Virus record (IMG/VR): IMGVR_UViG_2837218921_000006
Location: 1 to 64,000 of that record
Source of the DNA: a virus
Lineage: Duplodnaviria; Caudoviricetes
Reading direction: 5' to 3' (one strand)
DNA length: 64,000 nt
The notes under the pieces were generated by a model, which was not told where the DNA came from, ran no database searches, and saw nothing but the letters and a program-made list of their open reading frames with translations. Below are positions 1 through 10,738 of the stretch, piece by piece (positions within the stretch are counted from its first letter, which is position 1; every line of letters starts with the position of its first letter). The translations under genes were made by a program, and so were the position numbers.

Positions 1-1236
1 ATGAGAAGTACATTTAAGGTATTGTTCTACGTGAAGAAAGGCAGTGAGAAACCCAACGGCAACCTGCCTTTGATGTGTCGCATTACGGTGGACGGAGAGA
101 TTAAGCAGTTCAGTTGCAAGATGGATGTTCCCTTGCGCCTGTGGGACGTGAAGAACAACCGTGCTTCGGGTAAGAGTGCCGAAGCGCAAAGAATCAACCG
201 TGCCGTTGACAAAATCAGAGTGGAGATAAACCGCCGTTATCAAGAGTTGATGCAGACGGACGGTTATGTCACTGCTGCCAAGTTGAAAGATGCCTATCTC
301 GGCATCGGTATCAAACAGGAAACCTTGCTAAAACTGTTTGAACAACACAACAGCGAATTTGCCAAGAAAGTGGGACACAGCAGGGCAAAAGGAACATTCC
401 GACGTTATGTTACCGTCTGCAAGCACATCCGTGAGTTCCTACCCCATACCTACAAGCGTGAAGATATTCCGTTAAAAGAGTTGAACCTCTCGTTCATCAA
501 CGACTTCGAGTATTTCCTGCGTACTGAGAAAAAATGCCGCACCAATACCATTTGGGGCTACATGATTGTGCTGAAACACATTATTTCCATAGCGAGGAAT
601 GACGGTCGTCTGCCGTTCAATCCCTTTGCAGGGTACATCAACTCTCCCGAAAGCGTGGACAGAGGGTATATTACGAGAGAGGAGATACACACAATGATGA
701 ACACCGATATGCCCGACAAGACACACGAGCTTGTCAGGGATTTATTTCTGTTCTCCACCTTTACAGGTTTGGCATATTCCGATGTCAAGAACCTTACGGA
801 AGACAACCTGCAAACATTCTTTGACGGAAATCTGTGGATTATCACCCGAAGAAAGAAAACTAACACGGAATCCAATATCCGATTGTTGGATGTTCCCCGA
901 AAGATAATAGAGAAGTACAGGGGTATGACAAGAGATAATAAAGTATTCCCCATGCCGAGTAACACGACTTGCAACAAGAAGCTGAAAGCCATTGCCAAGT
1001 TGTGCGGTATAAAAGTCCACTTGACCTATCATGTAGCAAGACATTCGGCAGCGACCACTGTGCTGTTATCCAACGGAGTACCCATTGAAACCGTCAGCCG
1101 ACTTTTGGGACATACCAACATAAAAACGACCCAAATTTACGCAAAAATCACAGCCCAAAAGATTAGTCAGGATATGGAAACATTGTCGCACAAACTGGAG
1201 GATATGGAAAAGAACATTTGCAATGCCATTCAGTAA
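1..1236 (+). CDS. Tyrosine recombinase/integrase (Bacteroidetes Arm-DNA-bind + SAM-like + catalytic domains) of a mobilizable transposon
   Basis: N-terminal FKVLFYVKK..PLMCRITVDG arm-binding motif; FTGLAYSDV, HVARHS and LLGHTNIKTTQIYA catalytic motifs. Confidence 0.95.
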   Translation: MRSTFKVLFYVKKGSEKPNGNLPLMCRITVDGEIKQFSCKMDVPLRLWDVKNNRASGKSAEAQRINRAVDKIRVEINRRYQELMQTDGYVTAAKLKDAYLGIGIKQETLLKLFEQHNSEFAKKVGHSRAKGTFRRYVTVCKHIREFLPHTYKREDIPLKELNLSFINDFEYFLRTEKKCRTNTIWGYMIVLKHIISIARNDGRLPFNPFAGYINSPESVDRGYITREEIHTMMNTDMPDKTHELVRDLFLFSTFTGLAYSDVKNLTEDNLQTFFDGNLWIITRRKKTNTESNIRLLDVPRKIIEKYRGMTRDNKVFPMPSNTTCNKKLKAIAKLCGIKVHLTYHVARHSAATTVLLSNGVPIETVSRLLGHTNIKTTQIYAKITAQKISQDMETLSHKLEDMEKNICNAIQ

Positions 1237-1254
1237 CCCTTAAATCAAACGATA

Positions 1255-1644
1255 ATGAAAGAGGAAAGAAACATCATAACAATGAACGAGTTCGGCAATG
1301 TAGTTATGCCGAAAGATATACAGGCAACCGCCATGAGTGAGTGGGAGCTTTGCGAGTTGTTCAATGTAACCGCCCCGACTATCAGGGCAGGGATAAAGAC
1401 ACTCTGCAAGAACGGCATTCTGAATGAGTGTGAGATAAGGCATACCATCCGACTGTCCGACAAGTGCAGCATGGAGGTTTACAGCCTTGAAACGATAATC
1501 GCCCTTGCGTTCCGTATCGGCACATACAGTGCGAAGCAGGTGCGCAATGCCGTTCTTGAAAGACTGTACTTGCGAAAAGAGAAAACAAGCATCTTCTTTT
1601 CGCTGAACACCAACGGCATAGCCAAAGCCGAATACTTCTCGTAG
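1255..1644 (+). CDS. Small integrase-associated protein, probable winged-helix DNA-binding/excisionase-like
   Basis: 129 aa directly after the integrase; MSEWELCELFNVTAPTIRAGIK HTH-like segment. Confidence 0.7.
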   Translation: MKEERNIITMNEFGNVVMPKDIQATAMSEWELCELFNVTAPTIRAGIKTLCKNGILNECEIRHTIRLSDKCSMEVYSLETIIALAFRIGTYSAKQVRNAVLERLYLRKEKTSIFFSLNTNGIAKAEYFS

Positions 1645-1954
1645 CTGAATTGGTTGCACGACTGACGGAATCCATTCATTCAGTCACGAATAGAGTAATC
1701 AAGCCAGCGTGTCAGCATATAATCTGACCGACATATCAACAGGAACTCCAATTTTTTCTCCCGAAAAGCGTAATCCCCACATTCGTTTTTTGGGAGTTTT
1801 TTCGTCTGTCCTGCCCGACTTCCGTTCCAAACCATTGAAAGTTTTTTCTTCGGGGGCTATTTGTCACCGTTCTGCCGCGTTTTGCGTAACAACTTATCCG
1901 ATAAATGCTTATACTTTTGTAGCTGGTATTTTTCAAACTTAAAACCATTTGATT

Positions 1955-3196
1955 ATGTCAGCTAACAAACAACAAGACAGCCACAGACCGCCATCGGATG
2001 GTGGCATGGCAAAGGAGGAATTCATCCGAGTGGGGACTACGCTTTACAAGATTGTGGAGCAGCCCAAACTGAACGGAGGGTATGTAAGGAAACGCATAGC
2101 ATGGAACAACGAAACCCTGCGCCAAGACTACGGCAAGGACTACATCGGCAGCGTTCCCAAGTATGACGGCTTCTGCACCGTACCCGAACACATCGGCTAC
2201 CATCCCGTGGTCGGCAAGTTCCTTAACCTCTATGAACCGATAGACCACCAACCTAAAGAGGGCGATTTCTCGCATATCCAATCTTTGGTAGGTCACATCT
2301 TCGGGGAGCAATACGAGTTGGGCATGGACTACCTACAACTGCTCTACTTGTACCCCATTCAAAAGCTGCCTATCCTGCTGTTGGTATCAGAGGAACGCAA
2401 CACAGGCAAAAGCACATTTCTGAATTTTCTAAAACTCCTATTTCAGAACAATGTAACCTTTAACACCAACGAGGATTTCCGTAGCCAATTCAATTCCGAC
2501 TGGGCCGGCAAACTGCTTATCGTGGTGGACGAGGTGCTGCTCAACCGTAGGGAGGACAGCGAGCGGTTGAAGAACCTAAGCACCACACTTTCCTACAAGG
2601 TGGAAGCCAAAGGCAAAGACCGTGACGAGATAGCGTTTTTCGCCAAGTTCGTGCTATGCTCCAACAACGAGTACTTGCCTGTAATCATTGATGCAGGGGA
2701 AACACGCTATTGGGTACGCAAGATAGACCGCTTGCAGTCTGATGATACCGACTTCCTGCAAAAGCTGAAAGCGGAGATACCCGCCTTTCTTCATTTCCTG
2801 CAACACAGAACACTATCCACCGAAAAGGAAAGCCGTATGTGGTTTGCTCCATCGCTGTTGCATACCGAAGCCTTGCAGAAGATAATCCGCAGCAACCGTA
2901 ACCGACTGGAGATAGAGATGCACGAGCTGATACTTGACATCATGGATAGTGTCGGCACGGACACATTCTCGTTCTGCTACAACGACATTCTTCTGTTGCT
3001 GGTACACTCGCAGGTAAAAGTGGAGAAGCACCAAGTCCGAAAGGTGTTGCAGGAGTGTTGGAAACTTACGCCTGCACCCAACGGACTGACCTATACCACC
3101 TACCAATTCAACTACAATCGGGAGTGTCGGTATGAGCCTGTAAAACGGGTCGGTCGTTTCTATTCTGTCACGAGGGAACAACTTGAATCCCTGTAA
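1955..3196 (+). CDS. Primase-helicase family P-loop ATPase (VirE/SF3-like)
   Basis: Walker A SEERNTGKST, Walker B LIVVDE, motif C VLCSNN; ATG at 1955. Confidence 0.85.
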   Translation: MSANKQQDSHRPPSDGGMAKEEFIRVGTTLYKIVEQPKLNGGYVRKRIAWNNETLRQDYGKDYIGSVPKYDGFCTVPEHIGYHPVVGKFLNLYEPIDHQPKEGDFSHIQSLVGHIFGEQYELGMDYLQLLYLYPIQKLPILLLVSEERNTGKSTFLNFLKLLFQNNVTFNTNEDFRSQFNSDWAGKLLIVVDEVLLNRREDSERLKNLSTTLSYKVEAKGKDRDEIAFFAKFVLCSNNEYLPVIIDAGETRYWVRKIDRLQSDDTDFLQKLKAEIPAFLHFLQHRTLSTEKESRMWFAPSLLHTEALQKIIRSNRNRLEIEMHELILDIMDSVGTDTFSFCYNDILLLLVHSQVKVEKHQVRKVLQECWKLTPAPNGLTYTTYQFNYNRECRYEPVKRVGRFYSVTREQLESL

Positions 3197-4033
3197 TATC
3201 ATTCTTTTTTTGTTGAATTGATGAATAAGGATATAACTATGCTGACAATAAACAATATACACTCTCAACAAAATCTCAACAATCGAAAAGAGAAGTTGAG
3301 AGAGGAACAGCACCCGATTGTTGATTTCTCTTTTGGCGAGTGGTTTGTTGAGAAGATGTTGAGCAAATATCTTTCTGTAAATAAATGTGTTATATAAGCC
3401 ATTCAACAAATCAACGTTTTTACAATCATCATCAAATCTATAGAATATCATGAACATACAAGAAGTTAAACAAATCAGAATCGCAGACTATCTGCAAAGT
3501 TTGGGTTACACGCCCGTCAAGCAACAGGGCAGCAGCTTTTGGTACAAATCACCGCTGAGAGAGGAAACGGACGCATCTTTCAAGGTAAACACAGAACTCA
3601 ACAAATGGTACGATTTTGGACTTGGCAAGGGCGGTAACATCATCGCATTGGCAGCGGAACTCTACCATACGGAAGATGTAACCTGCCTGTTGAAGCGCAT
3701 AGAGGAACGGACACCATACATCCGCCCTGCATCGTTTTCTTTTGGCAAGCAGCAATCCGACAACCGCACTTATCGGGTATTAAGAGTTGGCGAGCTGTCA
3801 TCACCTGCGCTCATTGCCTATCTGCAAGAAAGGGGGATAGACATTGAACTCGCCAAAAGGGAGTGTAAGGAACTGCGGTTTGAGAATGCCGACAAACCCT
3901 ATTTCGCCATCGGCTTCCCGAATATGGCAAGAGGGTATGAAGTGCGTTATCCAAACAAGAATAAAATCCAAACCTCTTCCGTAAAACCTATATTGTGTAG
4001 TCAGTTCTATATATAGGTTTGGATTTTATTTTC

Positions 4034-5089
4034 TCATTTTATGACACGGAGACCGCAGAGTTCAGCAAAAGATTGAGGAGCCTTCTTCCATTTTTTAGGT
4101 ATTTCTCTGTCTTTTTCGTTCTCAATTGTGGCAAGAGCCTTTTCTTCCTGCTCGGTTGTAATATCAAGATAAACCATAGTAGTTTTGACATCAGCATGTC
4201 CAAGGAGAAAAGATATCTGTACGATATTCATGCCATCTTCAAGCCAATGAGAGGCTTTCGCATGTCTTATTTGATGGGCGTGCAGGTTCAATGGGACTTC
4301 CGGGCATTCTCCATTAGCTACTGCCGCATATTTATGAAGTCGTTTTGCAATAGCAGGTTGAGTCATCTTGGTGCTAGTCCCTTTTATCCGTGAATAAAAT
4401 ACATAGGAATCCGGATCTAGTTGCGTTGGATGGAACTCCACTATATATTTTTCAAGATGCGCCACAACTTTTGGAAGCAGATAGAGGGTTCTGACCTTAT
4501 TCCCCTTTCCTATTATCGTAGCGTATGGCTTGGAGGCATGAAGATGAAGATGTTGTATCTTCATAGACAGCACCTCGTCTATTCGTGCGGCAGTGCCATA
4601 CATCAATATGAGAAACACGAGATCACGGCGTCCAGTTGAAGTATTCGTATCAGGTGCATTCAACAATGCTTTCACCGCATTCTTACTCAATCCCTCGACT
4701 TTCTTACGGACTGACCTCTGTCTTGGTATTTGAGCAGACTCGCAGGCCAGATATGTCAGGCTGACATCTTTCTCGGATAGGTATTTGATAAATGCCCTGA
4801 TGGATGCAAGGCGGTTGTTGCACGTTTCGGAAGAGTTTTTTCTGTCATTCTTCAGCCAAAGTATCCATTCTTCTATGACCTGACGTTCAAGAAGCTTGAA
4901 AGAGAAAGTCCTGGCATCAAGACCTTTTACCTGAGTTATAAAATGTAGGAACAGAGACAGTGCGTCATGATGGTTCTTCACTGTATGGGCGCTGCTTGAT
5001 TGGACGGTTGGCACATAGACAGTCAACCAGTCATTGATATGGCGCGAGAATGCAACGGCCTCTTTATTCGGTTTCTTCATGGTTGACAT
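4034..5089 (-). CDS. RIT tyrosine recombinase C
   Basis: YGTAARIDE, GKGNKVR, HQIRHAKA, LLGHADVKTTMVY. Confidence 0.93.
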   Translation of the reverse strand: MSTMKKPNKEAVAFSRHINDWLTVYVPTVQSSSAHTVKNHHDALSLFLHFITQVKGLDARTFSFKLLERQVIEEWILWLKNDRKNSSETCNNRLASIRAFIKYLSEKDVSLTYLACESAQIPRQRSVRKKVEGLSKNAVKALLNAPDTNTSTGRRDLVFLILMYGTAARIDEVLSMKIQHLHLHASKPYATIIGKGNKVRTLYLLPKVVAHLEKYIVEFHPTQLDPDSYVFYSRIKGTSTKMTQPAIAKRLHKYAAVANGECPEVPLNLHAHQIRHAKASHWLEDGMNIVQISFLLGHADVKTTMVYLDITTEQEEKALATIENEKDREIPKKWKKAPQSFAELCGLRVIK

Positions 5090-6038
5090 CGGTTAAATCA
5101 GGGACAATGTTATCGAAGGATTCTTGTGTCCTCTCTTCTATAATATCGGAGAGTCCGGGCACGAGGGAGTAGTAATAGGCAGTGCTCTCTATCACACTGT
5201 GCCCCATGCTCTTGGACAGATATAACAACTTTGAGTTAAAATCCATGCCGCGGTTAATCCAGTTGTTTATATTGGTTGTGGCATAATGATGTCTCAGCGC
5301 GTAGGGAACAGCATGACATGGACTTACATTTTTCCAGATTTTCCGAAAATTGTCAGATACCCATGAATTATCATGAAAAGAGTTATTTCTTGCGGGAAAG
5401 AAATAAGTCCGTTCAGGGAATATGTCAGCTATCGCCTTGTCGTATTCCCGCATAAGCTGAAGCATACTATCGTGTAGGACGACAAAGTGCTGGTCATATC
5501 CCTTAGATAGCCTGATATTGAGTACTCCAGTTTCAAGGTCGACATCCTCACATCTGAGCAGACGAGCCTCCGTAGTTCGCACTCCAGAACTGTATAGTAG
5601 TCTGAAGAATACCGGTATAGATATATTGCGGATTCTGTTTTGTTTGGTCAAAGGGCCGGACAGAGTGTCGCATCCATTGAAAAATCTTCGTAGTTCATCT
5701 TCTGAAAAAGCATGAGGGACGTATGTCGAACGCATCTTTTTGGGAAGCTTCGGTGGATTTACGTTGGTCAACCCTCTTGATTTGAGATATTTTACGAAAG
5801 CTATTATCGGATAGGCCCTTGTCTGGCACGATTTTCCACTTTCAGTATCCCGTTTGGCGCACCATCCATCAACCATTTGTTGAGTCAGAATGCTTTCGCC
5901 CGGATATCGGTGGTGGCAATATCGATCGAACAGACGCATGCAGACTTCATAAGAGGTGACATTCCAGTGTTCAGAAGCGACTCTGAAAGCGATAAACCGC
6001 TTTATCAACGGAGCTATCCCCGAAACAAATTCAGTCAT
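5064..6038 (-). CDS. RIT tyrosine recombinase B
   Basis: YSSGVRTTE, YALRHHYA, SMGHSVIESTAYY. Confidence 0.93.
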   Translation of the reverse strand: MTEFVSGIAPLIKRFIAFRVASEHWNVTSYEVCMRLFDRYCHHRYPGESILTQQMVDGWCAKRDTESGKSCQTRAYPIIAFVKYLKSRGLTNVNPPKLPKKMRSTYVPHAFSEDELRRFFNGCDTLSGPLTKQNRIRNISIPVFFRLLYSSGVRTTEARLLRCEDVDLETGVLNIRLSKGYDQHFVVLHDSMLQLMREYDKAIADIFPERTYFFPARNNSFHDNSWVSDNFRKIWKNVSPCHAVPYALRHHYATTNINNWINRGMDFNSKLLYLSKSMGHSVIESTAYYYSLVPGLSDIIEERTQESFDNIVPDLTDVNHEETE

Positions 6039-7239
6039 GGAATACCTCCTTTCTTACTGGGAACTGCTCTATGCTGAGAGCGCATTCTTTCAGATGGAGA
6101 AAATCCGCGCTCAGATATGGGTTCAACGAGGAAGGTGATGAATGGCCCAATACGGACGATACCACGGGCAGAGGAACACCCTCGTTCAGGAGAGATGTGG
6201 CGACATGATGCCGGAATATGTGGAAACCTTTGCGACTTCCCTTGTTCTGCCTTATGCCTGCGACTTTCATGATTCTTGCGGCAATATTATAGGTGTTGTC
6301 TAAGCGCAAGTGCAGAGGATACTGACTAACAAAGATTTCCTCGGTGCTGCAGGTTGGACGTTCATGGCAGATATAATCGTATATTGCATTGCCGACAATG
6401 GGACGTAAAGGTAGTTTCAGTGGGACACCGGTTTTCTCTTGATTGACAAGTATCACATCATTCTCCCAGTCTATATCAGTTAGTCTCAGGCCTAGAATGT
6501 CGCAGCCTCTCAACCCTGTGAATAAGGCAATAAGACCGATAGCCTTATCCCGCAAGCACAGATCAGAGTCCCGAGCTGTCAGAACTTTCTTTACACTGGC
6601 AATTTCTTCTGCTTTGAGATACTCGATGTTACGACGCTTGCTTCTTGTCATGGGAAGCAATGAGATGAAGTGTTCGCAAACGCCATCCTCAAAGAATGGA
6701 GCACAGCACCTGACCACCACTCTGATAACTTTCCTGTAACCACAGCAGTGTCCTGAAAAAGCTGTCTGAATGTGATTCTCACAAGCCTCGCTAAATGTGA
6801 AAACACCTTGTGTCTGCAACTCACAGAAGAAGTTCGTGGCGAGGCTTGCCTCACGCTTGATTGTCGTGGCCTTCTTTCCTGACTTTGGCTCTTCACGGCG
6901 ATAGATGTCTATTGCGCGTTGAAACTCTTTCGAGAGTGTGTCATACTTCTTTTCCCCGCCGCGAGGTGTATTGCCATGGCCCGGTAGAATACCGGTTCTA
7001 TCGAAATGTTCGATGGTAGCGAAGAGCCTACGCCAATGGTGAAGTGGACGGTGATTTGGATCCGCATCTACTTTGGATCGATAGATGTCTTCATAAGAGA
7101 TGCCGGGATGAACACTCCGAAGACGTAACGCATAATTAATCGCCAGCCGGAAAAGGTCAATGGTGTACTTTGAGTACCCATTGTCATGAAAGTGTCCAAG
7201 CAGAATTGATGCTTTGGATTTTAAATCCTGTTCTTTCAT
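6031..7239 (-). CDS. RIT tyrosine recombinase A
   Basis: FTGLRGCD, HIFRHHVA, VLGHSSPSSLNPY. Confidence 0.93.
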   Translation of the reverse strand: MKEQDLKSKASILLGHFHDNGYSKYTIDLFRLAINYALRLRSVHPGISYEDIYRSKVDADPNHRPLHHWRRLFATIEHFDRTGILPGHGNTPRGGEKKYDTLSKEFQRAIDIYRREEPKSGKKATTIKREASLATNFFCELQTQGVFTFSEACENHIQTAFSGHCCGYRKVIRVVVRCCAPFFEDGVCEHFISLLPMTRSKRRNIEYLKAEEIASVKKVLTARDSDLCLRDKAIGLIALFTGLRGCDILGLRLTDIDWENDVILVNQEKTGVPLKLPLRPIVGNAIYDYICHERPTCSTEEIFVSQYPLHLRLDNTYNIAARIMKVAGIRQNKGSRKGFHIFRHHVATSLLNEGVPLPVVSSVLGHSSPSSLNPYLSADFLHLKECALSIEQFPVRKEVFHD

Positions 7240-7879
7240 ATGAATGAATATTGATTACTGAAATTAATATAATAAAAATCAAAACAACATGATAGAATAT
7301 TCACTGGATTCCAGTTGATTATATATGATAGTTTGGATTTTATACTTGTTTGGATAACGAATCTTATCCAAACGTTTGGATAAGTTGCGTAATAGATACT
7401 TCAAGGGATGTGTCGCCCCGAAGGACATCACCCATATCCGACAGCAAAAAGAGCCACGAACCGTCTGTTATCTTTTCGAGGGCTTCATGGATTATCTCTC
7501 GTTCCTGACCATCCGAGTAAAGAACAATCCGCAACACCCACGATTGAATGCACAGGATTACGTCATTCTCAACTCCGTTTCCAACCTCTCGAAAGCGGAA
7601 AGCATATTGGCAACCTATACCCGAATCGGCTGTTTCCTTGACAATGACACAGCAGGACGGAACGCATACGCCAACCTGCAACGGATGTTGGGTGACCGCT
7701 TGCAGGATATGTCGGTTCACTATGCAGGGTATAATGACTTGAACGAGTACCTGTGCAAAAAACTCTTGTCCCAATCGACAGAGCCGATAAAGGAGGAGAA
7801 GCAAGTACAATCCGCAAGGCGGATGATGCAGCCACCGAAAAAGAAAGGGCTGAAAATATAGAGGGGAACAGGTTCGCTT

Positions 7880-7995
7880 TCCCAAGGGTATTTAGACAGA
7901 AATACCATAGCTCAATAGGGCGTTTTCTTCACGCATTACACGGTAATGCTAAAAACTCCCTATCGAGCCAAAGGGAAATCCCTTTGGAAACCCTG
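7880..7995. promoter_or_regulatory. Probable oriT upstream of MobV relaxase
   Basis: Nested inverted repeats (GCATTAC/GTAATGC, CTCAATAGGG/CCCTATCGAG, CCAAAGGG/CCCTTTGG) just upstream of mob. Confidence 0.55.
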
Positions 7996-8054
7996 AGAGC
8001 CAATGCCACAGGCAGAGAATACACTCATAACAATAACCGTAAAAATCAAACTAC

Positions 8055-9422
8055 ATGGGATATTTTTCATTGGACATAAAGAAAGCAAAAGGTTCATCGG
8101 ACACCGTACAATCCGACCATATAGAGAGAAGAATCATACCTAAAAACGCAGACCCGACAAGAACGCATCTGAACAGGGTACTTATAGAATACCCCGATGG
8201 CGTTCATGGCAGGGATGAAGCGATTGCCCACAGGCTGAACACGGCAGGCATCAAGCGGAAGATTACACATGACCAAGTCCGTGTAGTCCGAGTGGTTCTG
8301 TCGGGAACACATGAGGACATGATGGACATACAGGAAAACGGAAGACTTGACGAATGGTGCAGCGACAGCATCCAATGGCTGCAAGCCACATTCGGCAGGG
8401 AGAACGTGGTTGCCGCCCATCTTCACATGGACGAGAAGACACCGCATATCCATGCAGCCATTGTTCCCATCGTGACAGGTGAAAGGCGCAAAGCCAAGAA
8501 AGAGCAGGAAGACGGCAAACGGAAGTATCACAAGAAAGCAAATACCGTCCGTTTGTGTGCCGATGACCTGTTCAACCGTCAGACCTTGATTGCGTACCAC
8601 GACAATTATGCAAGGGTTATGGCTAAATACGGATTACAGCGAGGTGTGCGAGGTTCCGAAGCACGGCACACCACCACGACACAGTATTATCGGGACATAC
8701 AGAAAAAGAACGCTGCCCTTGATGCAGAAAACAAGCGGTTACAGGAGCAGAAAACCGAAACCGAACAGGAACTCAGACAAGCCAAGAAAGAGGTACAGAC
8801 CGAGAAACTGAAAGGTGCAGCCACCACCGCAGCGACCAACATAGCTGAAAGTGTCGGTTCTCTTTTCGGGAGCAACAAGGTCAAGACTTTGGAAAGGGAG
8901 AACACCGCCCTGTATCGGGAAGTTGCCACCCATGAGGAAACCATTGAGATACTGCAAAACCGCATACACACGATGCAAACCGAGCACAACCGCCAGTTGT
9001 TGGAAATACAGCAGAATCACCGTAAGGAGATGGCGGAAAAAAGTGTCAGACACAAAGATGAAGTATCAGGTTTGAAACGCATTATCGAAAAGCTGTGTGC
9101 ATGGTTTCCTATGGCAAAGGAAATTATGAGAATAGAGAGCCTGTGCCGCCTTGTCGGGTTCAATGAAAGGCAGACCACGACATTGACTTATGGTAAGCCT
9201 TTGATATACGAGGGCAAACTTTATTCGGAGGAACATAATCGGAGTTTTACGACAGAAAGAGCAGGCTTTCAAGTGGTGAAAGACCCTGCGGACAAGTCTA
9301 AACTGACACTCGTAATCAACCGCCAGCCCATAGGCGAATGGTTCAGGGAACAGTTCGACAGGCTACGGCAGAGCATACGACAGCCAATTCAACCACAAAG
9401 GAAAAGTAGAGGAATTACATAA
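8055..9422 (+). CDS. MobV/Pre family relaxase
   Basis: HIER..NADPTRTHLN and AHLHMDEKTPHIH motifs; coiled-coil C-terminus. Confidence 0.93.
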   Translation: MGYFSLDIKKAKGSSDTVQSDHIERRIIPKNADPTRTHLNRVLIEYPDGVHGRDEAIAHRLNTAGIKRKITHDQVRVVRVVLSGTHEDMMDIQENGRLDEWCSDSIQWLQATFGRENVVAAHLHMDEKTPHIHAAIVPIVTGERRKAKKEQEDGKRKYHKKANTVRLCADDLFNRQTLIAYHDNYARVMAKYGLQRGVRGSEARHTTTTQYYRDIQKKNAALDAENKRLQEQKTETEQELRQAKKEVQTEKLKGAATTAATNIAESVGSLFGSNKVKTLERENTALYREVATHEETIEILQNRIHTMQTEHNRQLLEIQQNHRKEMAEKSVRHKDEVSGLKRIIEKLCAWFPMAKEIMRIESLCRLVGFNERQTTTLTYGKPLIYEGKLYSEEHNRSFTTERAGFQVVKDPADKSKLTLVINRQPIGEWFREQFDRLRQSIRQPIQPQRKSRGIT

Positions 9423-9440
9423 GTAGTTAAAACAGATTGC

Positions 9441-9482
9441 AATAAGCCTCCGATAATCGTATTTCCCTATCAGAGGCTTATT
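9441..9482. terminator. Bidirectional hairpin between mob and mef
   Basis: AATAAGCCTC(C)GATA...TATCAGAGGCTTATT inverted repeat between convergent genes. Confidence 0.65.
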
Positions 9483-9511
9483 GCTGTTTAGATTTAGTTA
9501 CGTTTCATAAA

Positions 9512-10738
9512 TCATGATTTTTGTTTTTGATTGTCGACCTTTCTAAGTTGTGGAAGACATAAGGCTATTATAGCGAGAAGCAGAATAGCCATACCTGAGA
9601 ACAAAAACCAACGGTTTACCCCGATTTGGTCTGCAAATGCACCCGACACTACCAACCCAAGCGGCATGGCAAACGACATGATGCTGCCAAGAAGTCCGAA
9701 AACACGCCCTAAATACTCGGGTTGTATCTGTTCTTGAAATAGCGCGGTCTGTACTCCATTATAGAATGGGGCAGAAAAGCCCATCAACGTACAACATATC
9801 GCAAATATCATAAAACCATTGGTTGGTAGCAAGCCGGAAACAGTCAATGACACTCCCATAAGAAAGATAGAGCCGATGATATTTGCCATGCGCTTTTTGA
9901 AACCTCCCCATGCGCCCAATAGAAGTCCGCCCAACAACATACCAACTGCAAAAACAATTTCCACCACGGAAGCATGCAAGGTACTTCCCTCGAAATAATT
10001 CATACTCATCAGCGGAAATAGCGCATTGATTGGCATATAAATGAACATATTGATTGCTCCTATCCAAAGCAATGTGAAAAGAGCTTTATTTTGTCGTATT
10101 GCGTTATAGCCAATGCGCAGTTCGGTGAAAAAGTTTTCTTGCTGCAGCGCTTCAATCGGTTGTTTTGGGATGTGAACCATTGCAACAGTGATACAGGCAA
10201 TTATTGCTCCGAATACGTCAAGGGCAACCGCAGAATTCAACCCCCATTTTGCATAGAGAAAAGCGGCAATTGCCGGACTTAGGATGAAACTTGCCGATTG
10301 GATGGACTGGGTGTAGCCGGCACATTTGACTAACTGTTCTTCAGGCACTAAAAGAGGTGTTACCGCACTTAACGCAGGGGAATGGAATGCAGTGCCAACG
10401 CTTCTAATGAAGAGGATGAGCATTACTATCCATACAGGTAGTTCCGCTGACAGGGAAATTACGGTAAGTACCAGTCCAGCACAAGCTATGATGACATCTG
10501 CACCAATCATGACCATTTTCCGGTTCCAGCGGTCAACAAGTACTCCGATTGCAGAACCTAAAACCGCTTGAGGTAGAAACCCAACCAAGGTCGCCATTGA
10601 CAACACCATCGCAGACCCTGTTGTATTTGTCAGATGCCAGATGATGGCCATTTGAAGAACCCCACTTGTTATCAGGGACACAGCTTGCCCCGCCCATATT
10701 GTATAGAAATCTTGTTTCCAATTTCTGATTTTTTCCAT
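9512..10738 (-). CDS. mef: Mef-family MFS macrolide efflux pump (Mef(A)-like, divergent)
   Basis: MEKIRNWKQDFYTIWAGQAVSLITS...GTAFHSPALSAVTPLLVPEEQL...QTALFQEQIQPEYLGRVF closely parallels Mef(A); ATG 10738. Confidence 0.85.
   Translation of the reverse strand: MEKIRNWKQDFYTIWAGQAVSLITSGVLQMAIIWHLTNTTGSAMVLSMATLVGFLPQAVLGSAIGVLVDRWNRKMVMIGADVIIACAGLVLTVISLSAELPVWIVMLILFIRSVGTAFHSPALSAVTPLLVPEEQLVKCAGYTQSIQSASFILSPAIAAFLYAKWGLNSAVALDVFGAIIACITVAMVHIPKQPIEALQQENFFTELRIGYNAIRQNKALFTLLWIGAINMFIYMPINALFPLMSMNYFEGSTLHASVVEIVFAVGMLLGGLLLGAWGGFKKRMANIIGSIFLMGVSLTVSGLLPTNGFMIFAICCTLMGFSAPFYNGVQTALFQEQIQPEYLGRVFGLLGSIMSFAMPLGLVVSGAFADQIGVNRWFLFSGMAILLLAIIALCLPQLRKVDNQKQKS

Larger units (their letters stand above)
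3945..7385 (-). mobile_element. RIT (recombinases in trio) element
   Basis: Three overlapping tyrosine recombinases; 29-bp inverted repeat 3945-3973 vs 7331-7359 (1 mismatch); TGCGT repeated at 3943-3947 and 7386-7390. Confidence 0.9.
3450..7861 (+). pseudogene. CHC2 zinc-finger/Toprim DNA primase split by RIT insertion
   Basis: 5' part ends ...GYEVR (3947); 3' part resumes NRYFKGCVAPKD...LFEGFMDYLS...FLDND (7391-7861). Removing the insert restores one frame. Confidence 0.9.
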
